A stretch of DNA of 61,065 nucleotides, from positions 1-61,065 of the forward strand of contig CAIXLI010000110.1 in NCBI GenBank assembly GCA_903920205.1. Direction: 5' to 3'. This document shows positions 1 through 9,583 of this stretch, one piece after another (positions within the stretch are counted from its first letter, which is position 1; each line of letters begins with the position of its first letter). Source of the stretch: an uncultured Pseudomonadota bacterium (GTDB taxonomy: Bacteria; Pseudomonadota; Alphaproteobacteria; UBA9219). The translations under genes and the position numbers were made by a program. Under the pieces are notes generated by a model. That model saw only the letters and a program-made list of their open reading frames with translations. It ran no database searches and was not told the DNA's origin.

Positions 1-14
1 CCTCGGAGAAAACA

Positions 15-371
15 ATGGCCAAGAAGAAAACCACCAAACCGGAAGTGTCCATTCGCGCAGTCAAGGAAACTTTGACCAAGTCGGCGCTGATCGCTTTGCT
101 TGCCGAACAGAACGAGATTTCCCGCAAAGCCGCCGCTGGCGTTTTCCAGACTCTGGAAGCCGTGATGCTCGGATCGGTTCATCCGCGTGGCGTGGGCGAA
201 TTTACGTTGCCCGGTCTTTTGAAGATTACGTTGCGTAAGGTTCCTGCCCGCAAGGCCGGTACGCTTGTGCGCAATCCTGCTACGGGTGAACTCGTAAAGG
301 CTGCTGCGAAGCCAGCCAGCGTGCGCGTTAAGGTTCGCGCTTTGTCGAAGCTGAAGAAGGCTGCGGTTTAA
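15..371 (+). CDS. HU/IHF-like histone-like DNA-binding protein
   Basis: 118 aa and very basic; 'LTKSALIALLAE' helix, 'FTLPGLLKI' and 'RNPATGE' arm motif of the HU family; GGAGA RBS upstream. Confidence 0.85.
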   Translation: MAKKKTTKPEVSIRAVKETLTKSALIALLAEQNEISRKAAAGVFQTLEAVMLGSVHPRGVGEFTLPGLLKITLRKVPARKAGTLVRNPATGELVKAAAKPASVRVKVRALSKLKKAAV

Positions 372-398
372 GTATCGCGGGTTTTCGATCGTTTGATA

Positions 399-440
399 AA
401 AGAAGGGGATGTTCGCGTAAGCGGGCATCCCCTTCTTTCT
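399..440. terminator. Bidirectional intrinsic terminator between convergent HU and pfkA
   Basis: AAAGAAGGGGATGTTCGC-GTAA-GCGGGCATCCCCTTCTTT hairpin flanked by A and T runs. Confidence 0.75.
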
Positions 441-458
441 TGAAAAGGGCAGCGTGGG

Positions 459-1562
459 TTAAACCCTAAGCGTTCCATCGTCGCCCAGACAAATGCCGAG
501 GCCTCGGGCGGTGTTGACGAGGGTGCAGTCTTTTTCCACGATGCGGTTTTGCTTGATGGCTTCTTCGATGGGCACGTCGATAACCTGGCGGTCTTTCCAC
601 GCGACCATGCGACCGAATTTGCCTTGCTGGATGAGGGTGACGGCGTAAACGCCGAAGGCCGAGGCCAGCAGGCGGTCGTGAGCACTGGGTTGGCCGCCGC
701 GCTGAACGTGACCGAGGACGGTGACGCGGGTTTCAGCTTGGCAGGCTTCGGCGATTTCTTCGCCGAGGATGTGACCGATTCCGCCAAGGCGTTTTTGCCC
801 GCCGAAGAAATTGCGGCTGATGCTTCCGCCTTTGGGGCTGAGGACGGCTTCGGAGACGACGACAAGCGCGAAGTTGCGTCCGCCTTCTCGCAGCGCCTTA
901 ATATGCGCCGCGATGTTTTTGATGTTATAGGGGATTTCGGGGATCAGGATAACATCCGCGCCGCCTGCTATACCTGCCGTCAGGGCGATATGGCCTGCGT
1001 CGCGCCCCATGACTTCCAGAATCATAATGCGGTCGTGGCTGGCTGCCGTGGGTTGGAGCCTGTCCAAAGCCTCGGTCGCCACATCGACGGCGGTGCTAAA
1101 GCCTACCGACATTTCTGTGATGCCGAGATCGTTGTCGATCGTTTTGGGAATGCCGATTAGGGGAAAGCCGCCTTGTTGGGCAAGCCGTGACAGGATGGCA
1201 AGGCTGCCATCACCGCCGATGCCGATCAACGCTTCGCAGCCCAGTTTTTTGAAGGCCGAGATAATTTCGTTCGAACGGTCTTTGACCGATCCGTCGGGCA
1301 TCGGATAAGCGAAGGGGTCGCCTTTGTTGGTCGTGCCCAAGATCGTGCCGCCTTGGCGCATGACGACGGTATCGACATTGTTGTGGCGCAAAGGAATGAC
1401 ATGCGGCGGGTTTTCTAAAAGCCCGTGCGTGCCGTCCATAATGCCGACGACATCCCATCCCAGCGTTTCGGCACGCAAAACCACAGCGCGAATGACGGCG
1501 TTAAGTCCGGCGCAATCGCCGCCGCTGGTCAGGATGCCGATACGTTTGACAGGAGTGGCCAT
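459..1562 (-). CDS. pfkA: ATP-dependent 6-phosphofructokinase
   Basis: Motifs 'ILTSGGDCAGLN', 'GGTILGT', 'GGDGS', 'PKTIDND', 'MGR', 'GHVQRGG'; start placed at ATG 1562. Confidence 0.92.
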   Translation of the reverse strand: MATPVKRIGILTSGGDCAGLNAVIRAVVLRAETLGWDVVGIMDGTHGLLENPPHVIPLRHNNVDTVVMRQGGTILGTTNKGDPFAYPMPDGSVKDRSNEIISAFKKLGCEALIGIGGDGSLAILSRLAQQGGFPLIGIPKTIDNDLGITEMSVGFSTAVDVATEALDRLQPTAASHDRIMILEVMGRDAGHIALTAGIAGGADVILIPEIPYNIKNIAAHIKALREGGRNFALVVVSEAVLSPKGGSISRNFFGGQKRLGGIGHILGEEIAEACQAETRVTVLGHVQRGGQPSAHDRLLASAFGVYAVTLIQQGKFGRMVAWKDRQVIDVPIEEAIKQNRIVEKDCTLVNTARGLGICLGDDGTLRV

Positions 1563-1724
1563 AGAAATCTCTTCCAAGGAATGGATTGACGAAAAGCGAC
1601 AGAATAAGTGACGTTCATAGTCCCTTAGAATATTCGTGGAGTCAATCGCGGGGGTGTGCGCTTGTCTCGAATGCAGGAGTGTTGTACATTTAAAGAAGAA
1701 CGGATGTTAATGAGGAGAATATCT

Positions 1725-2477
1725 ATGAGCGACACAAAGGCGCAGCGCGTTGCTTTGGTAACCGGAGGAACAGCAGGAATCGGGGCAGGCATCGTTTCCC
1801 GTTTGCTGAAGGACGAATATATCGTTCATACGTTTAGCACCCGCACGGAGCGTGTCGATGCCTTTAAAGAAGAGCACAAAAATCAGCGGCTCTTTGTCAC
1901 TCAGGGAAGCGTTGAGGACGAAACCTTTAGGGCTGTCCTATGTCACGAAATTGAGCAACGTTATGGTAAGTTGGATGTTCTGGTCAACAATGCCGCGATT
2001 TATCTTTCGGGCGGGTATCTTGAAGAGCCCACGGATCATTTCAGAAAGGTTCTGGAAGTTAACTTGGTTGGCCCTTATGCTTGGGCACAAACTTTTCGCC
2101 CCTTGCTGGGCAAAGGCAACGATCCGTGCATCGTCAATATATCTTCCGTATGCGCGATGGGGACGTACAGGGATTGTTCCTCGACGGCTTATACCGCCAG
2201 CAAGGCGGGGCTAAACGCGCTGACAGAACGGTTGGCGATGGGGCTGGGCCCCGAAGGCATTCGCGTGAACGCGGTTGCACCCGGCATTACCGAAACGCCC
2301 ATGTGGTCGGGTTCGCACGAGAAAATGCGCGAGATCGTCAAGAAACGCCATGTCCTGAAAAACCAAATTGGAACGCCGGAGGATATTGCCGGAGCCGTCG
2401 CCTATTTAGCATCGCCCGATGCGCGTTTGGTCACGGGAGTTATTCTTGCCGTGGATGCTGGGTATCGGTTTATGTAA
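1725..2477 (+). CDS. Short-chain dehydrogenase/reductase (SDR)
   Basis: TGGTAGIG, NNAA, YxxSK (YTASK), 'RVNAVAPG'; AGGAG RBS before ATG 1725. Confidence 0.9.
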   Translation: MSDTKAQRVALVTGGTAGIGAGIVSRLLKDEYIVHTFSTRTERVDAFKEEHKNQRLFVTQGSVEDETFRAVLCHEIEQRYGKLDVLVNNAAIYLSGGYLEEPTDHFRKVLEVNLVGPYAWAQTFRPLLGKGNDPCIVNISSVCAMGTYRDCSSTAYTASKAGLNALTERLAMGLGPEGIRVNAVAPGITETPMWSGSHEKMREIVKKRHVLKNQIGTPEDIAGAVAYLASPDARLVTGVILAVDAGYRFM

Positions 2478-2508
2478 AATTCTATGAGAAGAAAACTCGG
2501 TGTGATTA

Positions 2509-4263
2509 TCAGGTCAAATTGAATAGAAAACATCGTACGTTTGAGCGGGGAAACCGCCAGGAAGTAAACATTGGGAACGCCGGACGCTTTCCCGCGGTTT
2601 CTGTTTTTTGCCGCAGGGCCTTTGGCGTTGCCGCTATCGCCTGCTTTGTTTCCGCCTTGCCTTGCGCGTTTCGCAACACTGCGCCGCCACGACCTCTTGT
2701 CGCTGGGGGCGGCACCGCTGACAGAGTGGGCTCCGCATCTTGAGCCGAACGTACTGCACCGTATACTTCCTTGCCGAGGCTGACGATCGCGGCATCTTGT
2801 GGGGCATTTGCCTCGCCAAGCGTTTTGCGTGAGGATTCAACGACGATCTGTCGTGCGGCTTGCCCGCCGCCGAAGCCTACAAGGCCACCGCCTATTTCGG
2901 CTATGTTTGCGGCGGTTGTCGTGCCGACTTTCTTCCACGAATTTTCGCCTTTTATTGCGCCTGCGACTGTCGTGCCGATATCCCAGACGGCGAATCCAGA
3001 GGCGGCGACCGCGCCGATCAAGGGAATTTCTTCCGCGCCGCCCCTAATGATTGAAGGGGCTAGCTTAGAGGCGAGTTTTGCGGCCAATTTCATGGCCTTT
3101 TCGCTTTGTAAGGTGGCTCCCGCCACCGTCACGGTTCCGCGTTGGGCGGCAGCGATGTAGTCGTGCTGTTTGAGCGCGACGGCTGTTTCGGCAATGCTGA
3201 TAAGAGTTCCTGTGCGCCCCATGAATTTGCCGGCGTGCATGTCGGCTTTCCCCAAAAAGTTTTGGAGGATTCCTGGGTGAGTCACCGCGTTTTTCAGACC
3301 GGAAAGATTCGGTCGGCGTGACAGGGGTTGAGCGGGAGTGGAAGGCTCGAATTCCTTTGGTGTAAAAACAATGTCTTGTTTTGATGGGTTTTTGGGAGAT
3401 TCATGGATGTGACCGAGAAAAGCCTTGAAATCCTCATGCTCTAATCCGTGCCTAGAGGCGGACACGAATTCATTGATGTGCAATCCAACATAAGCGGACG
3501 TATTGGGCCAACGTTTTTTCATGCGTGCAAAGCGATAGCATTTTTCAGCGCCTAATTCTTCAGCGCTTAGTTCTGCAAACGCCTCTTCTCTGCCCTGTTC
3601 CACATCATGCTCGCGGGCGTAATAACCGTAGTCGAGCTTTTCTGCGCCTTCAAAGCCCCCTAAACCTATTAAGTCTTTATTATAAGCCTCTTCGAACTGC
3701 GGCGAGGAACTCACCGATTGACCCGTAATAGTTTGAATAGTGTTATCATATGCATGAAAAAATTCGTGGATTGCGGTGCCAAAAGGGCTGCCCGAAACAA
3801 GTTTACTTAATTGCCACTTTTCTTTTATGATTCCCATAACCGTTGGTGCCTGTAAATACGGTGTAAATGGAAATTTTGTATGAAGGACAAACTCGGATAG
3901 AACAGCATAATTTTCTTCCGGATAGTATGCTCCCACATCGTGAGCACTGCCTCTCATGCTCCATCCTTCTGGAGAGTTGGTGGATACGCCAGCTCCCTCG
4001 AATCTGAAGCCATTGTCTGTAAGAAAAGATTGCATCTGGTCTGGAAGCGCGCTCCAGCCCTTTAACAAACTTTTTCTGAACTCTGCCGTCGTTTTGCCGT
4101 GGAAGCGGATTCCATTGATTTCCCGTACTCTTTTGGCTCGGGCATGGGTAAGAAGCGTTTCTCCGATTCTAATGTTTTTATTTAACGCATGGACAAACGA
4201 CCGACCGAAGGATTCTTCGGCGCGTTTAAATTTTTCTCTTACATTGTCCGGCGATACCCTCAT
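2509..4263 (-). CDS. Zn-metallopeptidase with an anthrax-lethal-factor/Pro-Pro-endopeptidase-like domain and a Gly/Ala-rich hydrophobic C-terminal half
   Basis: HEFFH (HEXXH, 3754-3768) followed by 'SSSPQFEEAYNKD', 'YGYY', 'EEAFAE', 'WPNTSAYV', matching the ATLF-like pattern. Confidence 0.6.
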   Translation of the reverse strand: MRVSPDNVREKFKRAEESFGRSFVHALNKNIRIGETLLTHARAKRVREINGIRFHGKTTAEFRKSLLKGWSALPDQMQSFLTDNGFRFEGAGVSTNSPEGWSMRGSAHDVGAYYPEENYAVLSEFVLHTKFPFTPYLQAPTVMGIIKEKWQLSKLVSGSPFGTAIHEFFHAYDNTIQTITGQSVSSSPQFEEAYNKDLIGLGGFEGAEKLDYGYYAREHDVEQGREEAFAELSAEELGAEKCYRFARMKKRWPNTSAYVGLHINEFVSASRHGLEHEDFKAFLGHIHESPKNPSKQDIVFTPKEFEPSTPAQPLSRRPNLSGLKNAVTHPGILQNFLGKADMHAGKFMGRTGTLISIAETAVALKQHDYIAAAQRGTVTVAGATLQSEKAMKLAAKLASKLAPSIIRGGAEEIPLIGAVAASGFAVWDIGTTVAGAIKGENSWKKVGTTTAANIAEIGGGLVGFGGGQAARQIVVESSRKTLGEANAPQDAAIVSLGKEVYGAVRSAQDAEPTLSAVPPPATRGRGGAVLRNAQGKAETKQAIAATPKALRQKTETAGKRPAFPMFTSWRFPRSNVRCFLFNLT

Positions 4264-4405
4264 TGTGCAATCCGCAAAATATTTTGAATTATAAAGTCAG
4301 ATTATTGTCCAAATTCTTTTTTTATCGTTGCAGTTCTGTTCGGGCTGTCGACATCAGTATCAATTATGCCAAATTCTGCGGCGGCGAGTTCTTTGTGCTC
4401 AATAT

Positions 4406-5744
4406 CACTAGTGTCCGGTTAACTATCGAACAAATTCAGTTGGTTGGATGATGCCGCGAGTGGGGAATTGGACTGGACGTCAAAAAGAGCCTGTCCCAAT
4501 TGAGTTTTCTCGAAAGAATGAACCGATAAAATCTGTAGAAAAGTGTAGAGCGAGACGTCGAGCGCCAGCTCTTTTTTGATGATCGCTACCAGCACATAAA
4601 CGCACACCGCCGTCCATATTTGCGTCTTCACGGCATTCTCGGACGTGCCGTAAAAACGCTTGATGCGCAGATTTTGTTTGATCACTTGAAGAACAGTTCG
4701 ACCTGCCAGCGCTTTTTGTAGAGCGCGGCGATCATCTCCGCCGAAAGCGCGAAATTGTTGGTCAGGAACACGAGACGTTTTCCGGTTTTCGGATCGCAAA
4801 ACGAAACGCGCCGCAGGTGCTGCGGATAATCCTGCTTCGTATAAAATCCATCGAGCGCGATGCTCTGGTCGGCACCGACGCCTGTTGTTTTGTCCGACAC
4901 GGGATGTGAATAGACGCGGTGATACTTCATGTTGGTTTTTGTGCGCGTGACGAAGAACGCGCCCGCCTGATGAATGACGTAAAGTCTGCGGAAATCGACA
5001 TAGCCGCGATCCATAACATAAATGGCTCCGGCTTCCGGTGTGATCAAATCCAAGGCGGGCGCATCGCCCATCTTGCCGTCAGAAACATGAATAAAACTGG
5101 GGATATTACCGCGCAGGTCGAGCAGCGTGTGCATTTTGACGGCGGCTTTGGTTGAACGAAAATCAGCCCACGGAAACAGCGAAAGGCATAAATCGATTGT
5201 TGTGCTGTCGAGCGCATAGACCGTGTTGGCGAGGTCGAGGCCAATGTCGTCCTTCACATAAAGTTTGCGCGCGCGTTTGATGAGGACGGTGGCAAGATCA
5301 AACCATATGCGCCAGTCGCGCAGTTCGTTGGCATCAGCCAACGTCGATTTAGCGACCGGCTCGCGCAATCCCATGCCGTACAGTTTTGTGGGCTGTGCTC
5401 CGAGGCAGGCTTCAATGTCGCGCAGACTCTCGCGATATGTCACCTGCGCAAAGGCCATGACGCGAAAATGTTCCGTGCATCGAAGCGTCCGGACGCGAAC
5501 ATCGCCGCCATACTTTCGGACAATGCGATCAAAACTCGTCCACGGCACAAAATCCATCACTTGTGAAAAGAGGGTCTGGCCTACGTGCATCGTGACATCC
5601 CCAATTGGAAAAACCAAAATTGGGGAAGATGTTACCGCCAAAGTCCCAACGCGACTTCAAATCGACACCAAAAAAAACACCTCAAAAACCCTTGTGTACC
5701 AAGCCTAACTTGCAAAACTACCCGCGCTTAACCGGACAGTAGTG
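4406..5744 (-). mobile_element. IS4-family insertion sequence (1339 bp)
   Basis: 17-bp terminal inverted repeats CACTAGTGTCCGGTTAA (4406-4422) and TTAACCGGACAGTAGTG (5728-5744), 1 mismatch; 9-bp target duplication GCTCAATAT at 4397-4405 and 5745-5753. Confidence 0.93.
4419..5590 (-). pseudogene. IS4-family DDE transposase, frameshifted
   Basis: 'ALDSTTIDL', 'MDRGY' and Y-R-E motif 'YKKRWQVELFFK'; AAG TGA TC near 4683 instead of AAG TGG ATC splits it into ORFs 4682-5641 and 4419-4799 ('IKQNLRIKRFYGTSENAVKTQIW'). Confidence 0.88.
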
Positions 5745-6022
5745 GCTCAATATCCAATAATACATACCCGCCAAGGCGTTATAATTTCTTATGATATTTG
5801 TATCATGCTTATGGTTCCTTTTTCATTAATTTGAAAGAACGCGTCCCCTTCGTTTCTGAAAACACAATAGATTCAGAAGGTTGATGCTTTGTGGCTCAGG
5901 TGAGACGGTGGCGGTTCTGGCTAACAGACTGAAGACGGATAGGCATCCAGAGGCGGGGCCTTTCTCTTCAAGCGGTAGAAGCCGTATGTTCTTACAATCT
6001 TTATGAATGACGCAAGCGAGGA

Positions 6023-6817
6023 TCAGAACGGCATCAGGACATCGAACAATTGGTCGCCGTAGCGGGGTTGTTGGACGTCGTTGATGGTGCCTTTGCCGCC
6101 GTAGTTGATGCGGGCTTCGGCGATTTGGTCGTAGGTGATGGTGTTGCTCGCCGAGATGTCTTGCGGGCGGATCACGCCGCTGATATCCAATTCGCGCATG
6201 TCGTAATTCACGCCGACTTGCTGTTTACCGGAGATCACAAGATTGCCGTTGGGCAGGATTTGCACGATGGTCGCGGCGACGCGCAGGTCGATTTGTTCCT
6301 GACGCCCGATGGAGCCTTTGCCGTCATTGCTGGTCGTGCTTCCGGCGTTGATGAGGTTTGAGGGGCTGACGGCTTGGGGTAGGACGGTGTTCAGCTTGCT
6401 TTCGAGGCCGAGGAAGCTTGTTAAATTCGCTTTATCGCTGTTGTCACGCGAGCGTTTGGTTTCGTTTTGAATTTGCGCTTGATCGTTGATGGTGACGACG
6501 ACGGTCAGGATATCGCCCACGCGGCTGGCGCGTTGGTCGCGGAAGAAGGCGCGGCCTCCTGTTTCCCACAGAGAATTAGGTTGGCGTTCGTTCAGCGAGG
6601 GCGGGGGCATCGGCATTTTCACAGGAACATAGCCGTCACGATGCGTGGGGTCGTCGATCACGGAGAGTTTCGGTTGGTCGCCGATTTCGGAAACGCGGTC
6701 GAAGGCGTTGCAGGCGGTCAGGGACAAAAGAGCGGCTGTCGTCAGCAGAATGTTTCTGCAGGCGAGGGTGCGAGAGGCTTTTCTGGCTTTGGATACGGCG
6801 TGATGGGGCGGGTGCAT
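6023..6817 (-). CDS. flgH: Flagellar L-ring lipoprotein
   Basis: Lipobox 'LTAC', 'NSLW', 'FFRDQRASRVGDILTV', 'LPNGNLVI', 'IAEARI'; last gene of the flgFGAH run. Confidence 0.95.
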   Translation of the reverse strand: MHPPHHAVSKARKASRTLACRNILLTTAALLSLTACNAFDRVSEIGDQPKLSVIDDPTHRDGYVPVKMPMPPPSLNERQPNSLWETGGRAFFRDQRASRVGDILTVVVTINDQAQIQNETKRSRDNSDKANLTSFLGLESKLNTVLPQAVSPSNLINAGSTTSNDGKGSIGRQEQIDLRVAATIVQILPNGNLVISGKQQVGVNYDMRELDISGVIRPQDISASNTITYDQIAEARINYGGKGTINDVQQPRYGDQLFDVLMPF

Positions 6818-6826
6818 GACGGGTTC

Positions 6827-7801
6827 CTATTCTGCCAAGGCAATTTTCCGCGCTGTGCGGATTTCGACGGTGCCTGGGGCTGTGACGACGCCTTCGACCG
6901 TGCGGTTGCTTTGCGTGTTGACGACGCGAATGGTTTCTCCTTCGGCGCCGTCTTGCTGGGCTTTGCCTTGGGAGGTGATAATGATGTAGGGGGTTTCGAT
7001 TTTCAACGTGACCAGCGAGCCGCGTTGCACAAGGCGCTGGGGCATAACATCGCGGGCATGCAGGACGGCGCCTTCGGGCGTGTCGCGACGGGTTTCTCGT
7101 CCGATAAGTTGGCTTTGTTCCGTCACGACATCGGCGGTGATGCGTTCTTCGGGCATCTGGATTGTGTCCAAATCGGCGGCGGCAATGACAGTTCCGGCTT
7201 CGAGGCGGCGAGCAAGCACGGGAACGTTGCGCTTGATCGAGACGCGGCCTGTGATGGGCAGGACATAGGGGCCGCGTGGCGTTTGCGCGGTCAGGTCGGT
7301 GCGAAACAGCTTGGTGGCCTGGTTATAGGAAAAATTCTCCAGCTTGAATTCGGGATGTTGGGATGAGGGTAGGGCGATTTCCAAATTGCGCGCGTCAAAA
7401 GCGATCTCGAAACTCAGTTTTTTGGCGTTGCCGTCGAGGTTCATTTTGGCGATGACCGCATCGCGGATCATGTCGCCGGAGATGCGGGTGCAGGCCAAGG
7501 TGACAACGATATGGTTCGACGTTTCCTGCGCTTTCCAATCCAGACGATAAGTTTCCGCAAGTTTGTTCAAGACGGACTCGTCGTACACGGCTGGCTTGCA
7601 GGGGAGGGGGGCTTGGGCGATGTCGCGGTCGATGCCGGACGGAACGCCCGAGAACAGGTCGCTCAGCCGCACGGCGGCATGGGTGATCTCGGTATCCTGA
7701 TTTAGCCTGACGGCGGTATCTGCGACGCAGGGCGTGGGCGAACCGGCGCTGCCGGAGAGAACCAGCCATGCGGCGAACAGAATACGGGCGGTTTTTTTCA
7801 T
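6827..7801 (-). CDS. flgA: Flagellar P-ring formation chaperone
   Basis: Signal peptide, SAF domain, C-terminal 'LVQRG...GKAQQDGAEGETIRVVNTQSNRTV'; lies between flgG and flgH. Confidence 0.92.
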   Translation of the reverse strand: MKKTARILFAAWLVLSGSAGSPTPCVADTAVRLNQDTEITHAAVRLSDLFSGVPSGIDRDIAQAPLPCKPAVYDESVLNKLAETYRLDWKAQETSNHIVVTLACTRISGDMIRDAVIAKMNLDGNAKKLSFEIAFDARNLEIALPSSQHPEFKLENFSYNQATKLFRTDLTAQTPRGPYVLPITGRVSIKRNVPVLARRLEAGTVIAAADLDTIQMPEERITADVVTEQSQLIGRETRRDTPEGAVLHARDVMPQRLVQRGSLVTLKIETPYIIITSQGKAQQDGAEGETIRVVNTQSNRTVEGVVTAPGTVEIRTARKIALAE

Positions 7802-7817
7802 AGCTAACTTCCCTTGC

Positions 7818-8606
7818 TTACGTCTTCATCTGGTTCGTCGTCGTCAGCATCTGATCGGCTGTGTTGACAACTTTGGAATTCATTTCATAGGCGCGTTGCG
7901 CCGTGATCAAATTCGTGACTTCCGTGACAATGTCGACGTTCGAGCTTTCCAGCGATCCTTGAATAATGGTGCCGAAGCCCGACGTTCCGGGATTTGCGGT
8001 GGTGGGCGAACCCGACGCATCGGTTTGCCTTAGAAGGTTGTTGCCGGTCGCTTCCAACCCGACAGGGTTGATGAAATTCGCCAACTGCAATTGCCCCAAA
8101 GTCTGCTGAGCGGTCTGTCCTGCGACGGTGGCGAGAATTTGGCCGCTGGCGTTGACGGTGACCGATGTCGCGGTCGTCGGAACCGTAATGCTGGGAAGCA
8201 CTTGATAGCCGTCCGCCGTCACAATCTGGCCGCTGGCGTTCAGCTGCAACGCGCCGGAGCGCGTGTAGGAGGTTGTGCCGTCGGGGAGCTGAACCTGAAA
8301 ATAGCCGCGTCCGTTGATGGCGAGGTCGAGCGTATTGTTGGTTGCCGAAAGATTGCCCTGCGTATTGATGCGATAGGTCGCGGCAGGCATAACGCCGAGG
8401 CCGACTTGCAGGCCCGATGGCACGATCGTGCCGCTGTCCGACGAGGCTGAACCTACGGTGCGCATGTTTTGATACAGCAAATCCTGAAACTCGACACGCG
8501 AGGTTTTGAAGCCGGTGGTCGAAGCGTTCGAAATGTTGTTCGAAATGACTTCGACGTTCAGCTGTTGGGCTGCCATTCCTGTTGCGGCGATGCTTAAAGC
8601 TCTCAT
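7818..8606 (-). CDS. flgG: Flagellar basal-body distal rod protein
   Basis: 'MRALSIAATGM', 'SNNISNASTTGFK', 'FQDLLYQ', 'LESSNV', 'QRAYEMNSK'. Confidence 0.96.
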   Translation of the reverse strand: MRALSIAATGMAAQQLNVEVISNNISNASTTGFKTSRVEFQDLLYQNMRTVGSASSDSGTIVPSGLQVGLGVMPAATYRINTQGNLSATNNTLDLAINGRGYFQVQLPDGTTSYTRSGALQLNASGQIVTADGYQVLPSITVPTTATSVTVNASGQILATVAGQTAQQTLGQLQLANFINPVGLEATGNNLLRQTDASGSPTTANPGTSGFGTIIQGSLESSNVDIVTEVTNLITAQRAYEMNSKVVNTADQMLTTTNQMKT

Positions 8607-8632
8607 GATGACCTCGTCGTTCTTTCTATTTG

Positions 8633-9385
8633 TTACGCTGACGTTTGCGATAGTTTGTCGATGGCGGCGAGCATCCGCGTATTGTCTTGACCGACGAAAT
8701 TTGACGCTTGCTCGTAGGCGCGTTGAATGCGGATTAAATCGGTGATTTCCTGAATCGCGTTGACGTTCGAGTTCTCAATGGCGCCCTGAATAACGGGATT
8801 GCCTGTGATCGGAGTTGCCAGTTGCGTGGTCGTGAACAAGCCTTTGCTGGTGGGGGTCAGAGCCGCGTTGTTGACAAAATCGACGACGCCAAGTTTGCCC
8901 AATTGGGCTCGTGCTGATCCTGTCCCGGTTTGCGCGGTGATAAAACCATCACCAGAAACCGTAATGTCTCTGGCGTCGTCGGGCAGGGTGATGGGCTGGC
9001 CTCCGTCGCTAAGCACAGGCAAGCCGGTCGAGGTTACGATCTGGCCTTGGCTGTCGGTGCGGAACGCGCCGTTGCGAGTATATTGTGTGCCCTGCGGCGT
9101 TTGAACCTCGAAATAGCCTGAGCCTTGAATAGCAAGATCGAGGGGATTGCCGGTCGAGGATGTCGTTCCCGGCGACATATCGCGGATAGTAGCGCGGTCA
9201 TAGACAAAGAAGGTCTTATCCGAAGGGGTGGCGGAATCGCTGGCGTCGTCAACCTGCGTGGCGAATTGGACGCTTTCGCGTTTGAATCCGGTTGTGCTGC
9301 TGTTGGCGATATTGTTGGCGACAATATCCACCGAGCGCTGAAGCGCCATCTGATTGGAAAGTAAAACGAGGCTTGTCGTCAGCAT
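8633..9385 (-). CDS. flgF: Flagellar basal-body rod protein
   Basis: 'ANNIANSSTTGFK', 'TGNPLDLAI', 'YTRNG', 'QGAIENSNV'; ATG 9385 chosen because it lies downstream of the sigma54 promoter. Confidence 0.9.
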   Translation of the reverse strand: MLTTSLVLLSNQMALQRSVDIVANNIANSSTTGFKRESVQFATQVDDASDSATPSDKTFFVYDRATIRDMSPGTTSSTGNPLDLAIQGSGYFEVQTPQGTQYTRNGAFRTDSQGQIVTSTGLPVLSDGGQPITLPDDARDITVSGDGFITAQTGTGSARAQLGKLGVVDFVNNAALTPTSKGLFTTTQLATPITGNPVIQGAIENSNVNAIQEITDLIRIQRAYEQASNFVGQDNTRMLAAIDKLSQTSA

Positions 9386-9440
9386 GCGTAAAACCCGTGT
9401 GTCCGCAAGAACGCGCCCATCGCGCCTCGCCCAAAGTACA

Positions 9441-9458
9441 TTGCACATGCCGTGCCAA
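9441..9458 (-). promoter_or_regulatory. Sigma54 (-24/-12) promoter of flgFGAH
   Basis: Minus strand TTGGCACGGCATGTGCAA fits TGGCAC-N5-TTGC with conserved GG/GC spacing, about 55 bp upstream of flgF. Confidence 0.8.
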
Positions 9459-9473
9459 AATTTTGTTGAGTGG

Positions 9474-9534
9474 AATCAGGTGGTTAAAAAGATGTGTGGG
9501 GAATCTTTCACCCTGCTTGGCGGCATATTGTGCC
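9474..9534. promoter_or_regulatory. IHF site plus FlbD ftr-like enhancer
   Basis: AATCAGGTGGTTA (9474-9486) matches WATCAR-N4-TTR; CGGCATATTGTGCC (9521-9534) is a GGC-N7-GCC dyad like Caulobacter ftr elements. Confidence 0.5.
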
Positions 9535-9583
9535 ACGAGAGGGACTGTTCTCTTCCCCCATTATGGAGCCGGAGGAGGGAATC

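Noticed and set aside
4675-4700. Programmed ribosomal frameshift in the IS4 transposase
   Set aside because: No slippery heptamer; restoring one G gives the conserved KWIKQ, so mutation or sequencing error is simpler
4290-6022. A gene interrupted by the IS4 element
   Set aside because: Rebuilding the empty site gave only short open frames (about 45 codons or fewer across the junction on the minus strand) with no convincing start
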